Notes: generated by a model from the letters alone, not told the origin. Counted from the first letter of the whole stretch, positions 40,301 to 54,300 are shown. The stretch is 62,462 nucleotides of DNA, filler included, from Sphacelaria rigidula (GCA_964200075.2; 4 parts of 4 records of this genome joined end to end with filler, not necessarily neighbours in it); one strand, 5' to 3'. Translations and numbers: made by a program.

Positions 40301-41653
40301 TCGTACTACCCTGGCGGATGCGATCGGCTCGTCAGCTGCCCCCTGCTCCCCTCCGCCTTCACTAGCCGAACAGCCTGCTTGCCCGCAATCTTCTGCGTCC
40401 CATGTTTCAAACAGCCCGTGCTCCCGAAACTTCGGGATGGGGACAGAATTCCCATTCTTGTCACCGCTGCTACCGGATGTTGCCTCTGCCTCTGGCCCAG
40501 TCCCTGCAGTGGGTGTTGCCGTAGAAGCCATGACTGCGGAACCGGCAGAGCCTCGCCTGGCCGGTGACGGGGAGATTCGCCCGCGGGCGCGGCTGCCTGT
40601 AGATCCCGAAGCCGGCCTCCTCGACCCCACAGCGGCACTTCCTAAATTCCTCCCGCTCCTACCTCGTCTCCCCGTGCCCTTAGCCTGTCCGTTCGAGCCT
40701 GATGCACTTGAGTTGGATGTAACACCAAGTGCAGCCTGGCTGTGGACCGGTCGCATCGCGGCCTCAAGTTCGGTCTTGTTGCGGAAGAAACGCGAGCGGG
40801 ATGGCAGCTCATGGATGAAGAATCGCTTGAGCTTGGCATCTTCCGTTAAAGGGCGCTTTCGGACCGCGCGTGTCGGTGCCCTGAACGGTGAAGGCGGGGC
40901 TGGTGCTGCTGCTTCAGTCACGGCAGCTGCCATCGCCGCCGCTGCCCCCGCCGCGCTAGATCCACGTCCGCGTGCGGCGCGCATCACAGCCGTACCAGAA
41001 TCGTTCCTGTTCGCCAGAGTTGGGTCACCGGATGATGACACACTGCCGCGGACGTCCTTGGCCTCCCGGGGTGTGGGTGACGGGTTGGCCTGGCCCGACG
41101 CATGGTCTTTGGAGTTGGCATGACGAGAAACGCGGCCATTTTGTTCGCGTCGGAAAACCTTTTCAGTGGTAGAGTGACTCCTCTTCTCTGTCGGCGGCGA
41201 CACGGGGGACACGGACTGCGACACATCAACCACCCGTTGTACTGTGTCAAGGGTTGAGGGTCTGCCGGTTCGGCTGTTGTTCGTATTTCCGTTGTTATTT
41301 TTCGCCGACTTCAAACGAGGACGCGTGGTGGCAGCCGACCCCTCCACTGCCGGCACGCGGGGAGGCGGCGGAAGTGATTCCCGCGTTGGCTTCGTGTTTG
41401 TGTTATCGATCGTAGGAGCAGGCTGAGTCACGGACCTAGATCGACCGCGTGTTCCCCGTGCCTCCGCCTTCTTCGTACCTGTGAGCAATGATGAGCCCAT
41501 GTTGGGCGGCATGTTTTTTCGTCGGGTGGGAGCCTGCCTCAAATTGGAAGACGATAATGAAGATGATGGTGACGATGATGATGATGGCCGCGATTTTGGG
41601 GAAGAACGATCTCCGCGTCTGGAACAAGGTCCAGAGCCGAGGGAATCGCGCAT
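34360..41653 (-). CDS. Enhancer of polycomb-like (EPL1/EPC family) chromatin protein, ~1807 aa. Exons 41653-39842, 39590-38640, 38471-38397, 37573-36368, 35739-34360.
   Basis: EPL1-domain motifs occur in the expected order: VPIPKF, DYDVDDDDVKFLATLN, DLFEDMIERLE, AEVFRYWASKR...GPMLRCL, AYELLRRCRH|ELEQLRMLADLVKRREKNK. Long ORFs are joined by in-phase GT-AG introns, all phase 0. The exon 4 donor (cgg|gtgtgt at 36367) is the least certain junction. Confidence 0.85.
34372..35118 (-). repeat. Coding tandem repeat: 4 units of ~180-190 bp in the last exon of the EPL1-like gene
   Basis: Four near-identical units of EDxSSAGLAGEGPG(A)nGGDxEVDNSAPRKRGRKPKAPKAPARGAAVAAQAAIQAL, visible at both DNA and protein level. 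Confidence 0.95.
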
Positions 41654-42526
41654 AAGATTTCGCTTGCGGTAGCCTATCTATGATGCCGTGCTCGTGAAGA
41701 CGCAGCTGATGTGTTGTGGTGCAACACTACCCTCGACAATTTGTAGCTGAAATATAACGTTCCCTCTTGTTTTCTTCACAAATTTGAAAAAAAAGCCTCT
41801 CTACATTACCGATGAAAAATAATAATGACTATTTCTCAATCGGTACATAATAATGACGATAAATAATAGCTGGTTGATGCTCGTATTAAATTGTCGGCTG
41901 GCCGTGCTGAGCTGTGCCGCACAGACTACCTGTGTGCTGTATCGACTCCTACGCTCAGCTGTTCGGTAATGTGGACCGCGTAGGTGAAGCTTTCCTCTAC
42001 CAAGAACTGAACTTCCAAGCGATATCGATGTCTACAGTCGAGGTGAGTCTTACACATAAAACGTGATGTCCTACTCTTGGAGAGCTTGGAAACAACGCAG
42101 CAGACAACAACGGTCTGTAGTAGGAGTATACTAAGTGAAGTACAGTCAACACGAATACAGGACAGCATGGTCTGGAAACGTCCAGCTCTGTGTCCAGTGC
42201 TAGCAACAGGACAGGACAGGACAGTCCATATTGATTTAACTGTAATGAGCTGCTCAGTACAAGTACAACAGCAACTATAAGTTCATGTGTGACGGAATAT
42301 AACAGCCCCGTGTTGATGGGCTGTACGCTTGAGCACTAGAACTCGAACGCTGCAGCGGCCACCACTGCAACCAGCCTGCATCAATAAGGATATGTCGAGA
42401 ATTTTGGATGCGGAATCTCTCCTGAGTACAAGCGATCTGGTTCGCGATGATTTCGAGTTTACGGGGAAGTGGGGTTATACTAAGTCGCAGATGGTGCAAA
42501 AACCGGTTACTCATTCAGTTCAACAT

Positions 42527-42565
<39 letters not shown>

Positions 42566-44469
42566 TAAGTTACAAGCTCAACGGGTGATGATTGGGTGTC
42601 CGCGAGAGCTTGTCAGGTTCGACATCTTGTGGAGTTGTCATCTTGGTTTCGGCCTTCATTCCCTGAGAAGCACATCAGCAGTACAGTAATTAGAGGTGAC
42701 CGGACACGAGTCGACGGAAACAGCAGAGCGCCCTCGCGTACGTTACCGACACACGACCGAAAGCGCGACCCAGCGAGTACAGTATCTTGATTCTTTAGAA
42801 TCTGGGTGTCGGTTCTGATCGCGAAAACATTCCGCATTCGACAGACATATGGGATTCTGTTGGCGCTCGGCGAAGGCAGTGGTGCTCAGGTGATGAGGGA
42901 GCGCGAAAAGAGGTGGTTTATCGTGCCTTGACGCCAACAACGGTAGAGTACAGACATGACCATCAACTACCCTGTTCTGTATGTACCGTGTAGCGCAGAA
43001 AGACGTGCTCTACAGCAGTAGCAAAAACCGTCACCAACATTTGCAGGCCTTTGCGAAACAGGCGAACTGAAGATGTACCAGACAAACAGGCGAAGCCCGC
43101 ATCAAAAAGCCAGACCTCCCACACACAGATAAGGGTAACCCAAAGTGAATTGAAGGAAGCGCGACTGTGGCCGAGCGTTCAAACTTGGCACTCGTTCAAA
43201 ATTGAGGACTTGTCCCAAAATCAGGCGGAGGACTAAAACATGGGACATGTCATGTTTCACTATAACACTGTACCGCAACAGAACACACTCAAGCCATCTC
43301 TCATTTTTTGGAGCTTTCACTGCCCACGAGTTCGTATACCAGTACCGTACTACTGCTGTGATGTGTTTACGCATTGCGAAGATGGCCTGGGTTGCATGAG
43401 CTGCCATATTGTCGTCGTGTTCGTCTCTGCAGATAACAGTGTAGTCGGTACACTGTTGAAATTCTATTCGTCTTCCGTAAAACGAACGAGACACTCTCCA
43501 TCGCTGCGACACTCTTGCTGTGCTGCTAACATTCTACGGCAAATGACGGCATCATTCCCAGGATGGAAAGCGGGCGGCAACCAGCACAGCGTTAGTCCAG
43601 TAACACATTGATACAGGTTGATATCTCCAAGACAATCGCCGCAACATTCTGTAGCAAATGACTGCACCGTTCCCTGGAGGGTAGGCTACAAGCTCAGTCT
43701 GCCGCGAAACACACGGGTGCGGGTGCGTTTTCCCAACGCGACAACGCCGGCGATTACGGAAGACCTTGCGAAAATAGATGTATCGCTTCATGTATCGATC
43801 CAGATACATTTCGTCGTCAGCACGAGGATAGCACCGTAGCCGCTGAGCCAGTGGTGTTTTACGGGTAACGTACATCGGTACCCTGGCGCGCTCGCTCTAC
43901 GAAGAGCTGATCATGGAGTCGTTTGGTACTGGGAGTCAACATCGGTCTCAGGTTGCCTTCGCCTACCCAACAGCAGTTTTACGCACAGACGATGCCAATT
44001 ACACTTTTCGTTGATTTGCTGAGAATTATGTGATGGATGAGGAAGTACTATATTGTCTTTATTGTCTTTCCCTTGCTCAAAAAAATAAATCAAATGACCA
44101 ACCATCCATCCATCCATCCATCCATCCATCCATCCAATTAAATAATTAATTAAATTTATTAAATATGTGACAGTACGCCAGGATAACTATTCCAATGTGT
44201 TGGGTGTACACAATGCAGTAGTAAATTTAGAGTAGCGCAGGTCAAATGTTGACCGGATTCTGTAGATGCAGTCCTTCACCTAATTCATGCTCCTGCTTCG
44301 TCGACTCCATCGTCGTGAGCAGTTTGCTGTTGATTAGCGGAGATGGTCCTGGTCGATGCATCGGCGTGCACCAGAGAGTACGTACGAGGTAGGTGTACAC
44401 AAACTGGTCAACAATTTCCACTGCTCTCACATAGTTTTTTTTGGTAATAGATCCTAGATGCTTATCTTT

Positions 44470-45200
44470 TATGGCAACGAATCTCGATTTTTTCGAGACC
44501 CCGATTTCTTTAGAATCGGGGGGGTCGTTTTATGGTACAGTCAGTATCACAGAATTGTGAAATATTTTTGTACAAGTCATTTTCTGCATGAGTGTGGTGT
44601 TGCGTACTCGTGCATGAAGCCGAAGAGAAGGCAGGCAGTGAATAATCCTCCGCGTACCATGTCGTACCGTGGTACCCTAGGGCCATAGAGTGCAGGGCAC
44701 TCCATCATTACTGTACATGACAATACCGTGTGGTAGTACATTATGGCACCGTCGGTATTGCGAGAACAGTGAACGAACAGTGCGCGAGAAGAGTTCAGTA
44801 GTACAGTGCTATATATTACCCTGCAAGTACAGCGACACCAGACGAGGAGAGTACAGCACCGTTCGCTATAGTGACGCATATGGCAGCGCAGTGCAGCATA
44901 TCATATCACCATCGCCGCAGGGTGCAGCGTCAACACTCATTACCCGCTTGTCAAACCGCGTGCGAAGCTGCTTCAGCAGCTGGCGCGGGCAGGCACACCC
45001 TGCGCTGTCACGAGACTTTCTTTGCTGTGGATGCAAAAACATCAAACGCCTCGTACCCTTCCATTGTACGTCAATGCACGTATGCTACCTCCTCAAAATC
45101 GGGGGGAGTCACGATCTCGGAACTATTTCCTCCGATTATTACGAAAAATCGGGGTCCAAGAAAATGCGTTCCCCGATTATTTTCCCCCCGATGTTGTTAC
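44470..45200. repeat. Interspersed repeat, probably a non-autonomous DNA transposon; diverged second copy at ~61565-62370
   Basis: Collinear shared blocks (tattgcgagaacagtg, ccctgcaagtac, gcttgtcaaac) and multiple subterminal aatcgggg/ccccgatt motifs in both copies. Confidence 0.8.
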
Positions 45201-45976
45201 TAGAATTTTCGTTCATCACGAATTGTGCTTTTTTTCGTCCTACGACACTCGGAATGTCTTCTTTCTTCTTGTTCTCCGGGTCGAGATATGTTGTCGTAAT
45301 TACACGACAAGGAGGGCATTCAAGTGTCCAAAACAGCACAACAAATATACCACACTTGGACATAACATAGCCGGTGGCGAAGGTGCATAGTACGAGGCCA
45401 ATCACAGTGGACGACGTTTTTGACTGACGTCTTGGTAACGCCTGTCCGAAAGTTTGGGACACCAATAAAAATTTGAAAACGTAGTTTTCAGGACGAAGGG
45501 ACGACATGGATTAAGTACACATTGCGCCACCCACCACCTGAGAACTTGATGGTTGAGAACCCGAACCTCTCTCAAGCTTTCAAACGTAGGAACTGGACCA
45601 CAGATTGTGATGCCTGCAATAGAACTCCGTACACAAACCTCATGCAGTGCCTGTTGGTAACCCATAGAGGATATAAAAACGCGAGCCTCCCGCCCAAGAA
45701 GACCTTATTTAAGTGGCGGCACTAGGTGTAGTCGTGATGAAGAAGCAACAGTGCATCATTCTAACGAAAGAAGAGAGGTTGCCCGCTGTATAATATCGAT
45801 AGTAGTGTACCGGTTTGTTATGATGTTTTGAATGTACTGTACTCTTTATTGAACTTGAAAGACCTCAACGGCATGCTCAAATCTAGGATCTCGAACCCGC
45901 AAAGATCGAGAGTGTGAACACACGGCCGATAGGATGATGACGATACTGTAATCGAGAGTTGAGTCGCAAAACCACC

Positions 45977-46050
45977 GCGCCTCGGTGGTCTAGTGGTACT
46001 GTACAGCTGACACCATGAGGACGAGAAAAACGCGGGTTTGATTTCCGCCA
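45977..46050 (+). repeat. Degenerate tRNA-derived SINE head
   Basis: A box TGGTCTAGTGG and degenerate B box GGTTTGATTTCC, followed by a T-rich run. Confidence 0.45.
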
Positions 46051-46996
46051 GATGTATCTAGTTTGCTTTTTTTTTCTTCTCGTGAAGTATCTGATTTCCG
46101 CCCTCGAGATCTTGAGGACGTACGTACCAGTAAGGGTTTGTTTGATCGGATTTGCTCAACGAGGGTCGACACGACGCGGGGGTGCTGATGGTCATTATCC
46201 AATCCGGTATAATATCAAGATGCTAGGCGTGTACCGGGGAAGAGATGGGTTGGTCTCTTGAGACCATAAGTTCTTCCCGAGGAAGGGGAGTGGTTAAAAG
46301 AGCGACTACAATAACAACAAAAGAAGACTGCGCGAATCAGGCGTTTGCTCATTGCGGTATATTTCCGTGTTTATTCAATACCAGTATATAAAGTAGCCCC
46401 GACGTATGTCCATCTGTTGAGTCAGCATGTTCAATTGGAAGATGACTGCTAGACCTTGGTACCCGTGTTGTTCGCGCTCACAGCGTGAACAGCCACCTCG
46501 GAGTATAACCGTGTACGGCTTGCAATCGACCATACGCCGATAGTTTCGTACGAACATCTAGACGACTGAAAGCTCTTGCCAAACCCGTGACCGCTCAGAC
46601 CCCCACAGTAGTGGGATGCGAGTTTGAACGGGCTTTTGGAAAAGTGCGACATGGTTGGTTTTGGTCGAAAGACGACACCTACAGAGAAACCAGGGGGGTG
46701 AATGGGGGTGGGTTTACACATGATCAAGCATGCCATAGTCATTAGACCATTGACTTCGCATCCCTACAATGCCGGGACGGAGCACGCCGGGTTCTCGCCG
46801 GACCGGGCTTGCGCTCAAACCAAGNNNNNNNNNNNNNNNNNNNNNNNNNNNNNNNNNNNNNNNNNNNNTTAATTAATTAANNNNNNNNNNNNNNNNNNNN
46901 NNNNNNNNNNNNNNNNNNNNNNNNCGAAGATTTTAATCCTCCGGGTTCTCATCCTCAATCAAAAGCACCATCCTCAACATAGATGATTGGCTGTTT

Positions 46997-48134
46997 TCAG
47001 GGCTGGCGGGCGTTGCTAGTCTCGCCGCGTCTCGAACGAAAAATACAAGAAGACGAGAATATAAGTCGATCTCGTCTCGTATTTTTCCACAAAATACAAG
47101 CCAGGATGGCCCATCTCGGAAAATGTCCCCCGTCTCAAGGGTCTATCGAGCGAAAAAATCCGGACACTTAGGCCACCCTCACCCCCCCTCCCGGAGGGTA
47201 TTTTTTCGAAAATTGTCATGATTTTTTCGATTTTTTTTGTCAAGTTTCTAGCAAGGAATTGATCAATAAAACACTTTTTTGATTATTTCTGTTAATATTG
47301 TTACAAGAAATTGATCAAAAGAGCTGACAAAACACGGAGAAGTCTGGTGGGCTTTGTGGGGCTAGTGTATCTGCTTCCGCTCCTTGCCCGTTCTGTCCAT
47401 ATTACCTCAGATGCCGGAGGGCATTTTTCCGACAAAAAAAATTATCCTGTTTTTTTCAATATCTTCTGACATCTTTGCAAGAAATGAAAAACATTGACAA
47501 AATTCGAAGAGTTTGGTGAGCTTTGCGGGGTATATGTTTGCTTCTGCTCCTTTACATATTCATGTATATATTTATAAAATATACATGATATATAATATAA
47601 GGATCGTATGTTATATATCATATATAGCATATATAGTGATATATTATTATATAATATAGTATATGCTGCCCCTTGATGAATATTCATATATATTATATGC
47701 AATACGGTATATATATTAAGGAGAAGAAGCATATGTATGTGTAATATAGACCTATAATATTGACCTATATTATATGGTACATAATATATGAAATATAGTA
47801 TATGAAACATAACATATGATATGTAACATGTAAAATATAGTGTATGATATGCAATATATCAAATATAATAAATGATATATAACATATGACATATAATATA
47901 TCATATATAATGTACAAGGATCTCCACTGTCTACGGCAGCTGACCGCATCCGCCGACGCTTCAGCGAAAAATCAGGGAACACACGGCTGGGTGTGTCCCC
48001 CCCCCTCCCCTTACCCCCCCTTCAAAAACTCGAATTTTCGATATTGGGGCCTACGTGTCCCGAAATATATTTTTGACAGACCCTTGCCCGTCTCGTATTT
48101 TTTTCCCGAGAATCTTGTGAAATAACCAACCGTA
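46997..48134. mobile_element. hAT-like non-autonomous element hosting a nested insertion
   Basis: Ends tcagggctgg / ccaaccgta form a degenerate short TIR. The 8-bp flanks ggctgttt and ggccgttt differ by 1 mismatch. Subterminal cgtctcgtattttt motifs occur on both sides of the nested element. Confidence 0.45.
47139..48083. mobile_element. TIR element (GGGTCT(A/G)TC...GACAGACCC), copy 1, with an AT-rich internal tract at ~47555-47912
   Basis: Short TIRs. Both ends are homologous, in opposite orientation, to the 53923-54489 element (for example aaaaactcgaattttcgat / atcgaaaattcgagttttt). Confidence 0.75.
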
Positions 48135-48399
48135 GGCCGTTTCTTCCGGTTCGTATTCTGTTTGACTCGTATTTTCCACTTTCAGGACATTTGACAAGGT
48201 TTTGACCCCAAACAGGGAAAATCGCCACCACACGTCTTGGACATTTTGTATCACCCCACCGAGAGGAGCCTAGCCCACTTTTCCGATTCGCTTGGATCAG
48301 AGATTTCGAGAGCTGCCTCTGGACAAAAATACGAGAAAAACATATACTATTGCACAGTCTGTTGGATCTCCTTAGTAGCCATCTTGTTATTTTCCCTCG

Positions 48400-48640
48400 T
48401 TATTTGCAGATAACACGGGGAAATAACCAACCAGAAGAAACGGCCTAAGCAAATCAGGGATAAATGATGAAAAGAAGATAACACATATGGCTAACCTCAG
48501 AAGATCCGGTGCCGCAGGTGGCCATTCGGACTTCAGGAGGTGGCACCCGGCTTTCCAACTCGACGCGCGAGGCCAAATAGAAATGAGCATAGGGTCCGAC
48601 TACGAGCGAGACTCAAGGCGCCGAATACCACCAACCAACC
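48400..48640. repeat. Interspersed repeat; second copy at ~60650-60880
   Basis: ggctaacctc(a/g)gaagatccggtgccgca...ccattcggacttcagg...tttccaactcga is shared. Confidence 0.85.
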
Positions 48641-51375
48641 ATGCAGATCGTTTTTCCAGCATCGTTTTCCCCTGGGGAGTCAACAGCAACCGTGCCCAGT
48701 TGATGACGTCAGTAAACAGGGACGAAAACTGCCGGATGGGGGGAAACTTGTTGTGCCGTACATCCACGGCACACGGTGGTGTAGGGCCGGAGCTCACTAT
48801 AGTATGGCGGCGCGTGCACTGCGCCAAGTCGGCAGAGGGTTTTAGTGAGTTCGACCACCATATTGCCTTGAGCAAAACTTCCCGAACGCTCAAGGCGCCT
48901 ACCCCACATGACCGCCGCGAGGCGGTCTAGCCGAGCCTTCGGGAAATCGGCACACGAACCCACTCACGTTGTACGCGTTGGGTAGGGTTTCTCTCTTCCT
49001 TCAAGAAAAAGAAGAATCCATAAACGGTGCATGGCCCTGCGATCACAAACCACCAAACCCCGAGATTCCAGGGGTTCAAGACAAGGGAGCACCGTTCCTC
49101 GATCATCAGTCAGACGGGTGCTCAACCCTTCAACGGGGTGGGTAGCTCGGTTTAGTAGTCCATGTTTTCCCTGTGAACTTCTGTACGTACCCTGATTTCC
49201 TGTACCAGTGTTGCTACAGTAAGATTCCAAAATCTTCGCGGCGAAGGATACAACACAAAATTTGACGAGCGGTTTCGCACCAAAGCTGCGGCGAAACATC
49301 TCTCCCGATCTCCTTGAAGAGTACCAGAAAATTGCGTAGTCTACACTCACAGCGCAGTAAAGCTCGTGCACTGTTCATTTGGAGAAGCAAAAATGGACCG
49401 TCCCCAGTCGCTTACTCACGTTCTGTGTAGGTTTCGCTTTGGTAAGTGTTCACATCATTTCCCAACCGCGGGAAAATGAATATCATACATTCAAGATCAC
49501 CACTGGGTTACCCTCTGCAACTGTACCACCCACAAAATTGCGAGGTGAAAGTGCCGTCTAAATACATTCACACTCACAGACGGAAAACACGCGTACATCT
49601 GACTGATTTATGTGCTACAACGACATTCGTCTGCCTTACAACGACTCGAAAAGCAGCATCGTACTTGAAGATGTAACCGCAAGAGAAAGTACATAACGCA
49701 AGCAAACGATACCCCGGGGACACTTGCGCTTGGCAGGCGACAACATAAGTATACAGTCCGAAGATACGCAGACCTCTGTACTGTACAGTCCTTCAGACAT
49801 ACAAAATCACAACGTAGAGGTGAAGGAATTTCGGTGCGGCATCCATGATACCCCTACGACCCTGAAGCAACGTGTGGAAAATTCCACGTGATGTTGCCCT
49901 CGTAGCCATCAAATACAGACCTCACACGTCAAATATAACGAGAAACACAGCAAGAGCCGGTAAGAATCGGCCACTAGGGCTGATCGAACATCGTATGCGG
50001 CAAACACCGAACCGCATCAATTCGCATCAAGAATAGAACACACGACACAACTGCACATACACACACACGCACACAAGCACGCCCACAAAATTGGCCCGCA
50101 TACACGTATACGACGGACTCCCGTCAACGAAACCACAATCACAGCACTTCATGCGCTCGTTTTTCGGTTGTAGCACACGGTACACGTGTGTGGGCTGACG
50201 ACGGGAGCCTCCCTTTGCTCCGTAATTTTCTAGTCACCTCCCGAGTACAGGAATATCCGCAAGGAAACGTCGCCGTTCTGGATTTTGAATGATAGACACA
50301 AATAGACTACTTGATGTTCTCTTGAATAAAAGGCATGAATAAATTACGTGACGCTCGGAGGACATCGAGATGAGCGGGTACAACATGCACAAACTAACAG
50401 CAACAGTCGGCGTAGCGCGACCATTCGTTGGGCACCAATGTACTACAAGGTATTCACCTCCCCCCCATACACCCACCGCCTCCCCCCCCCACCCCCGCGC
50501 ACCATTTACACAGCTACTCTGAACAGATGTTTGACGTTCCTGGCGAAGTAACGTCCCCATGACACGTACTACTGTGTGTTTAGCAGTACTGTTTTATGGA
50601 TGCCCCCTCATTTCCACTTATTTGCCCCCGGCGGTCCCCGTCGTGAAGTTGACAAACGAACACATCGTAAATGATTGAGAATGATTATTCTTTTTTTATT
50701 CGTGACTTCTCCTTTGCATAGTCTATGCAGTTCTAGCGAGGCAAGGGGAAGACTGTCATGGTTACCCGCGCGCTTGCAGGGCGCGTTGACACCCACAAAC
50801 GCGTGGGCAACCAAGTAAACCACGAACCAATTTTACACATACATACATTATACATACATGGCGAATACACACGACAATGGCATGGAATTTTTTCAGTCGT
50901 CATCAAGCACCTTCGCTGACAACCTGGCTCCTTTCCTACACCCCGCCCCCCCCCTCCCCCTCCCCTCTCCATTTTCTTCCAAAAATGATCAAATCAGTGG
51001 TGGGAATACTGACGTGAAAATAGCACTACAACCCCGAAGACCATCACTAGGGGAACCAGAACGAGTTTTACGTATTAACTCGTTAAACCAAAGTAATTAC
51101 CATTCCACACACTCTCAACAACGACAATGGGAACATCAAGACAAGTTGTAAAAAAGGGAAATGACCGTCTACGGAAGAAGCAACAGCACTGACGAGTCGA
51201 TCGATCGCAAAGGTCAGTGGTCGACATCTCGAATCGACACATAATACATGTCTTCGACAGCAAAAAAAATGAGCATCAACTCTCTTTCCCATCCCGCGAT
51301 CAAAACAAACTGCACCAACTTCTGCAACAACTTCTTGATCATATAATTTACGGCGATGTGTTGTGCTTTGTAGAG

Positions 51376-54300
51376 TTACTGCATCCGTGTAAACCTCAAG
51401 TTTTCCACGGGAAACGTATCCTCGCGGTCCGACCCGGTAGAATATGTCATCACGAAGCGCCCAGCGGACTGGCTACTCGCCAGTGGTCCGGAATTCCGTT
51501 CGTAAGCCGGCGCCGTGCTCAATGGCCGTGGCGACGGTATCTGATGCAAGGGGAGTACTTGACCCGGTTTCAGTTGCCCGGGGGATTCTATGTCAGTTTC
51601 TTGTGCCCTTCCCTGCTTGTTAGGTACGTCGGAAATCAAAACCAACGAACGACGTTAGGGCGACGATGGGGGAAGGGAGAAGAAGGCGAAGAGTCGGACT
51701 ACGTCGTATAATTGTGCAAATACCCGGAAGACCCTGTGTGTGCTGTACCGACCGGCATGCCAGACACATATTTCTCGAGCAACTCGAAAACTAGCGATCG
51801 CACTGCCACACGGTTTCTTGCACCATCAAAATTGAGTTAGACAACACGCGCAGTAAGACATGCGGGAGCAGGTGCATGAGGTATGCGTTACAGTTGGAAG
51901 CTCGGGGGTGAACGTTCTGGGTTAGGGGAGACACGGGGCCTACGAAGTCAAGCTGCTCACCTGTTGCCCTCGTTAATATACTGTACACCAGATGCATGTA
52001 AGGTGTTCGTATTCCTGGCGAGACCGCGAAAGATTTGTCGATCCCAAACCCAAAACAGACGTGTATTCCTACTGCGTGAGAATGGTAAGGACAAAGACCA
52101 AGAGTGTGGCAGATATACACTCTGTCGTCTGATAGGAGACGTGACGCCCATTGAGGGAGTTTGGTCCTCGCTACAATGAACGTGGAACCGAACAGGTACA
52201 CACACGCAATAAAAATCCACCAGAGCGGGCGGGCGTCCACCGCAGCGATAAGTTACACTCTCTACGCTATCCCCATGAATTTGGAATTCATGTACGAAGA
52301 GCAGTTGTGATGTTTTGCGCGCTGTCGTATGATGAGCTCTGCGTTGTTCCATGGAGCACCGCCAGTCAGTTGTGCGCGCGGCAGCGGGAACCACTCTCTA
52401 CCGAAGAACATCCTCAACATGATAGGGACGCTTGGGATATAAATGGCGACGTGGTCGCATGATCAAGGTACTGTATTCGATACTAGCAATTGGGGTCATA
52501 ACATGTGCATCGTTGAATCTTCACCCAGAATTCGTGATTTCTCCCTCGCCTGGGTTTTGCGGGTTGTCTGCCGCAAGATCTTCGAGTCCCAACGTCTAGA
52601 AGACCCCCACTCCGAGATATCGCATTTAACCGGTTGTATTGAGATGCCGCATACAACAAGCTTTGTACCACTTGCTCATTTGAGGGAGCGCTACGTGCAA
52701 ACTCTCGATCATACTTTTTTGCACATCGCATACCACCCCAGGAGCCGTTCGGGGTAAAATCATATCCCAACTCCCCACCACAAGCTGCTGGAAGAAAAAT
52801 ACTGCGCGGACAGGTGGAAATTGAAGACATTAACGTACGGCCGATAGGGTACGTGGTGGTCGAAAGCTACTTTGCAATGCAATATTACCGCATGAGCCAT
52901 ACGTCGACTTTTTGGAAGGACGTTTTCGGTTTTAAAAATGCCCTTGCATGTCTTTTTGTTACGTTTACTGCGCTGTACATGAATGACGCGAAGTCGCAAT
53001 TACCGCGAGGTGTCAGGTCTGTCTACGACGGCGCCCTCTCTCGGCGCCGTAGAATATAGTTGCGCTTCGTACGCAAAACACTGCCACCTCGGATTGCATT
53101 TCTGTACTCCAACAGAAGGGTACAGTTAGTTGTACAGTGCAGTCAGCATCACACAGATGTACACGTTGCTGCTCATATCTATGATGATATATGCAATACA
53201 CGGATCGCGTACTCTCTCTCCACAGTGAACGTGTACAGTTTTTGCCTGTGATGGGCCCCCTGGGATACATCTTCCTTTTCTGGCATCCCCCCCCCCCCCC
53301 ATTTCTTCCCGCACCTTCGTTGATGTCTTCACACTGCTGCTCTCGCCATCCCCACTTCGCCCACATTCGCAACAGCAGCAGCAAGCGTGCACAATAGTGT
53401 CCCATATGAGATACGACAACTGCCGGGAGCGGCGCGTGGGATCAAGGGGCGTTTGGGCGCGGTTAGAATCCTCGAGGAACCGGAGTTGCGCAGGACCGAA
53501 GACATGTCGTTTAAGGGGTTGTTTCGTTTCGGCCCTACAAAACAAAGCCTCACACCAAGCATTAATATACCTGAATCCTGGACATCATGTAAATTTGTTA
53601 CACCTACTAATAGTGCACCTCGAAGGGTCAAGTTGGATGATCGCCGCTCGCCGCATACATACACGTGTTGTTGCTGCCGCTTTGAATCGTACCACGCCAA
53701 GTTACTATAGAACAACGTTCCACCTGAACACTATTGGTCACGTAACTCTCCAACACAAGTCGCGGCCGATGGTACGATACCACTGCGGTACACTCTTGTG
53801 GGGGGATGTTTTCCACTTTTGAGACATGTGACACGGTTTTTGATCCCCAAAATAGGGAGAAAATCGCCTACACACGTCCTGCACACCTCTCACCACCCCG
53901 CAGAAAATAGCTACAGACACAGGGGTCTGTCAAAAGATATTTCTGGGCATGTAGGCCCCAAGATCGAAAATTCGAGTTTTTGAGGGAAGGGGGGGGACAT
54001 CCAGCCTGCTGCCCCCTAGTTTATTACCGATGCGTTGGCGGGAGCGGTCAGCTACCGTCCACAGAGATCCTTGGCATAGAATGCGATGAGATGGCGGACA
54101 TGCCCCTTCACCCCAAGCTCATCACTTACCATGATTACGTTTGTGGGATCATGTTCCGTGTCGTGGGCTTCGAGTACCTACCAGTAGTCCGGGCAAGTTT
54201 GGCGAGGCATGAGATAAAGCTGCGACGTTGGCTGCAGGCTGTCGCTACCGTGCGCTCGGGTGCATACACGTGTGTGAGGGTGGCCGGCATCCGAGGTCAT

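Noticed and set aside
40110-41123. 337-aa + strand ORF and similar antisense ORFs at 21146-23293 and 35269-37687
   Set aside because: Shadows of GC-rich coding exons on the opposite strand, with no independent motifs or splice support.
21409-41653. Functional cluster of two transcription-coactivator genes (EPL1-like and MED27-like) in tandem
   Set aside because: Adjacency of two genes is weak evidence in a eukaryote, and a scaffold gap at 31186-31285 lies between them.
42300-43900. Possible gene next to the EPL1-like start, including a ~115-bp-period degenerate duplication at 43528/43643
   Set aside because: I could not build a phase-consistent model or recognise any motif.
47442-47982. Tyr/Ile-rich ORFs
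   Set aside because: Translation of an AT-rich low-complexity tract.
51961-52170. Candidate extra exon on the - strand (tag...cag|gtgagc)
   Set aside because: The phase-0 frame contains stops, and the open frames are out of phase with the flanking exons.
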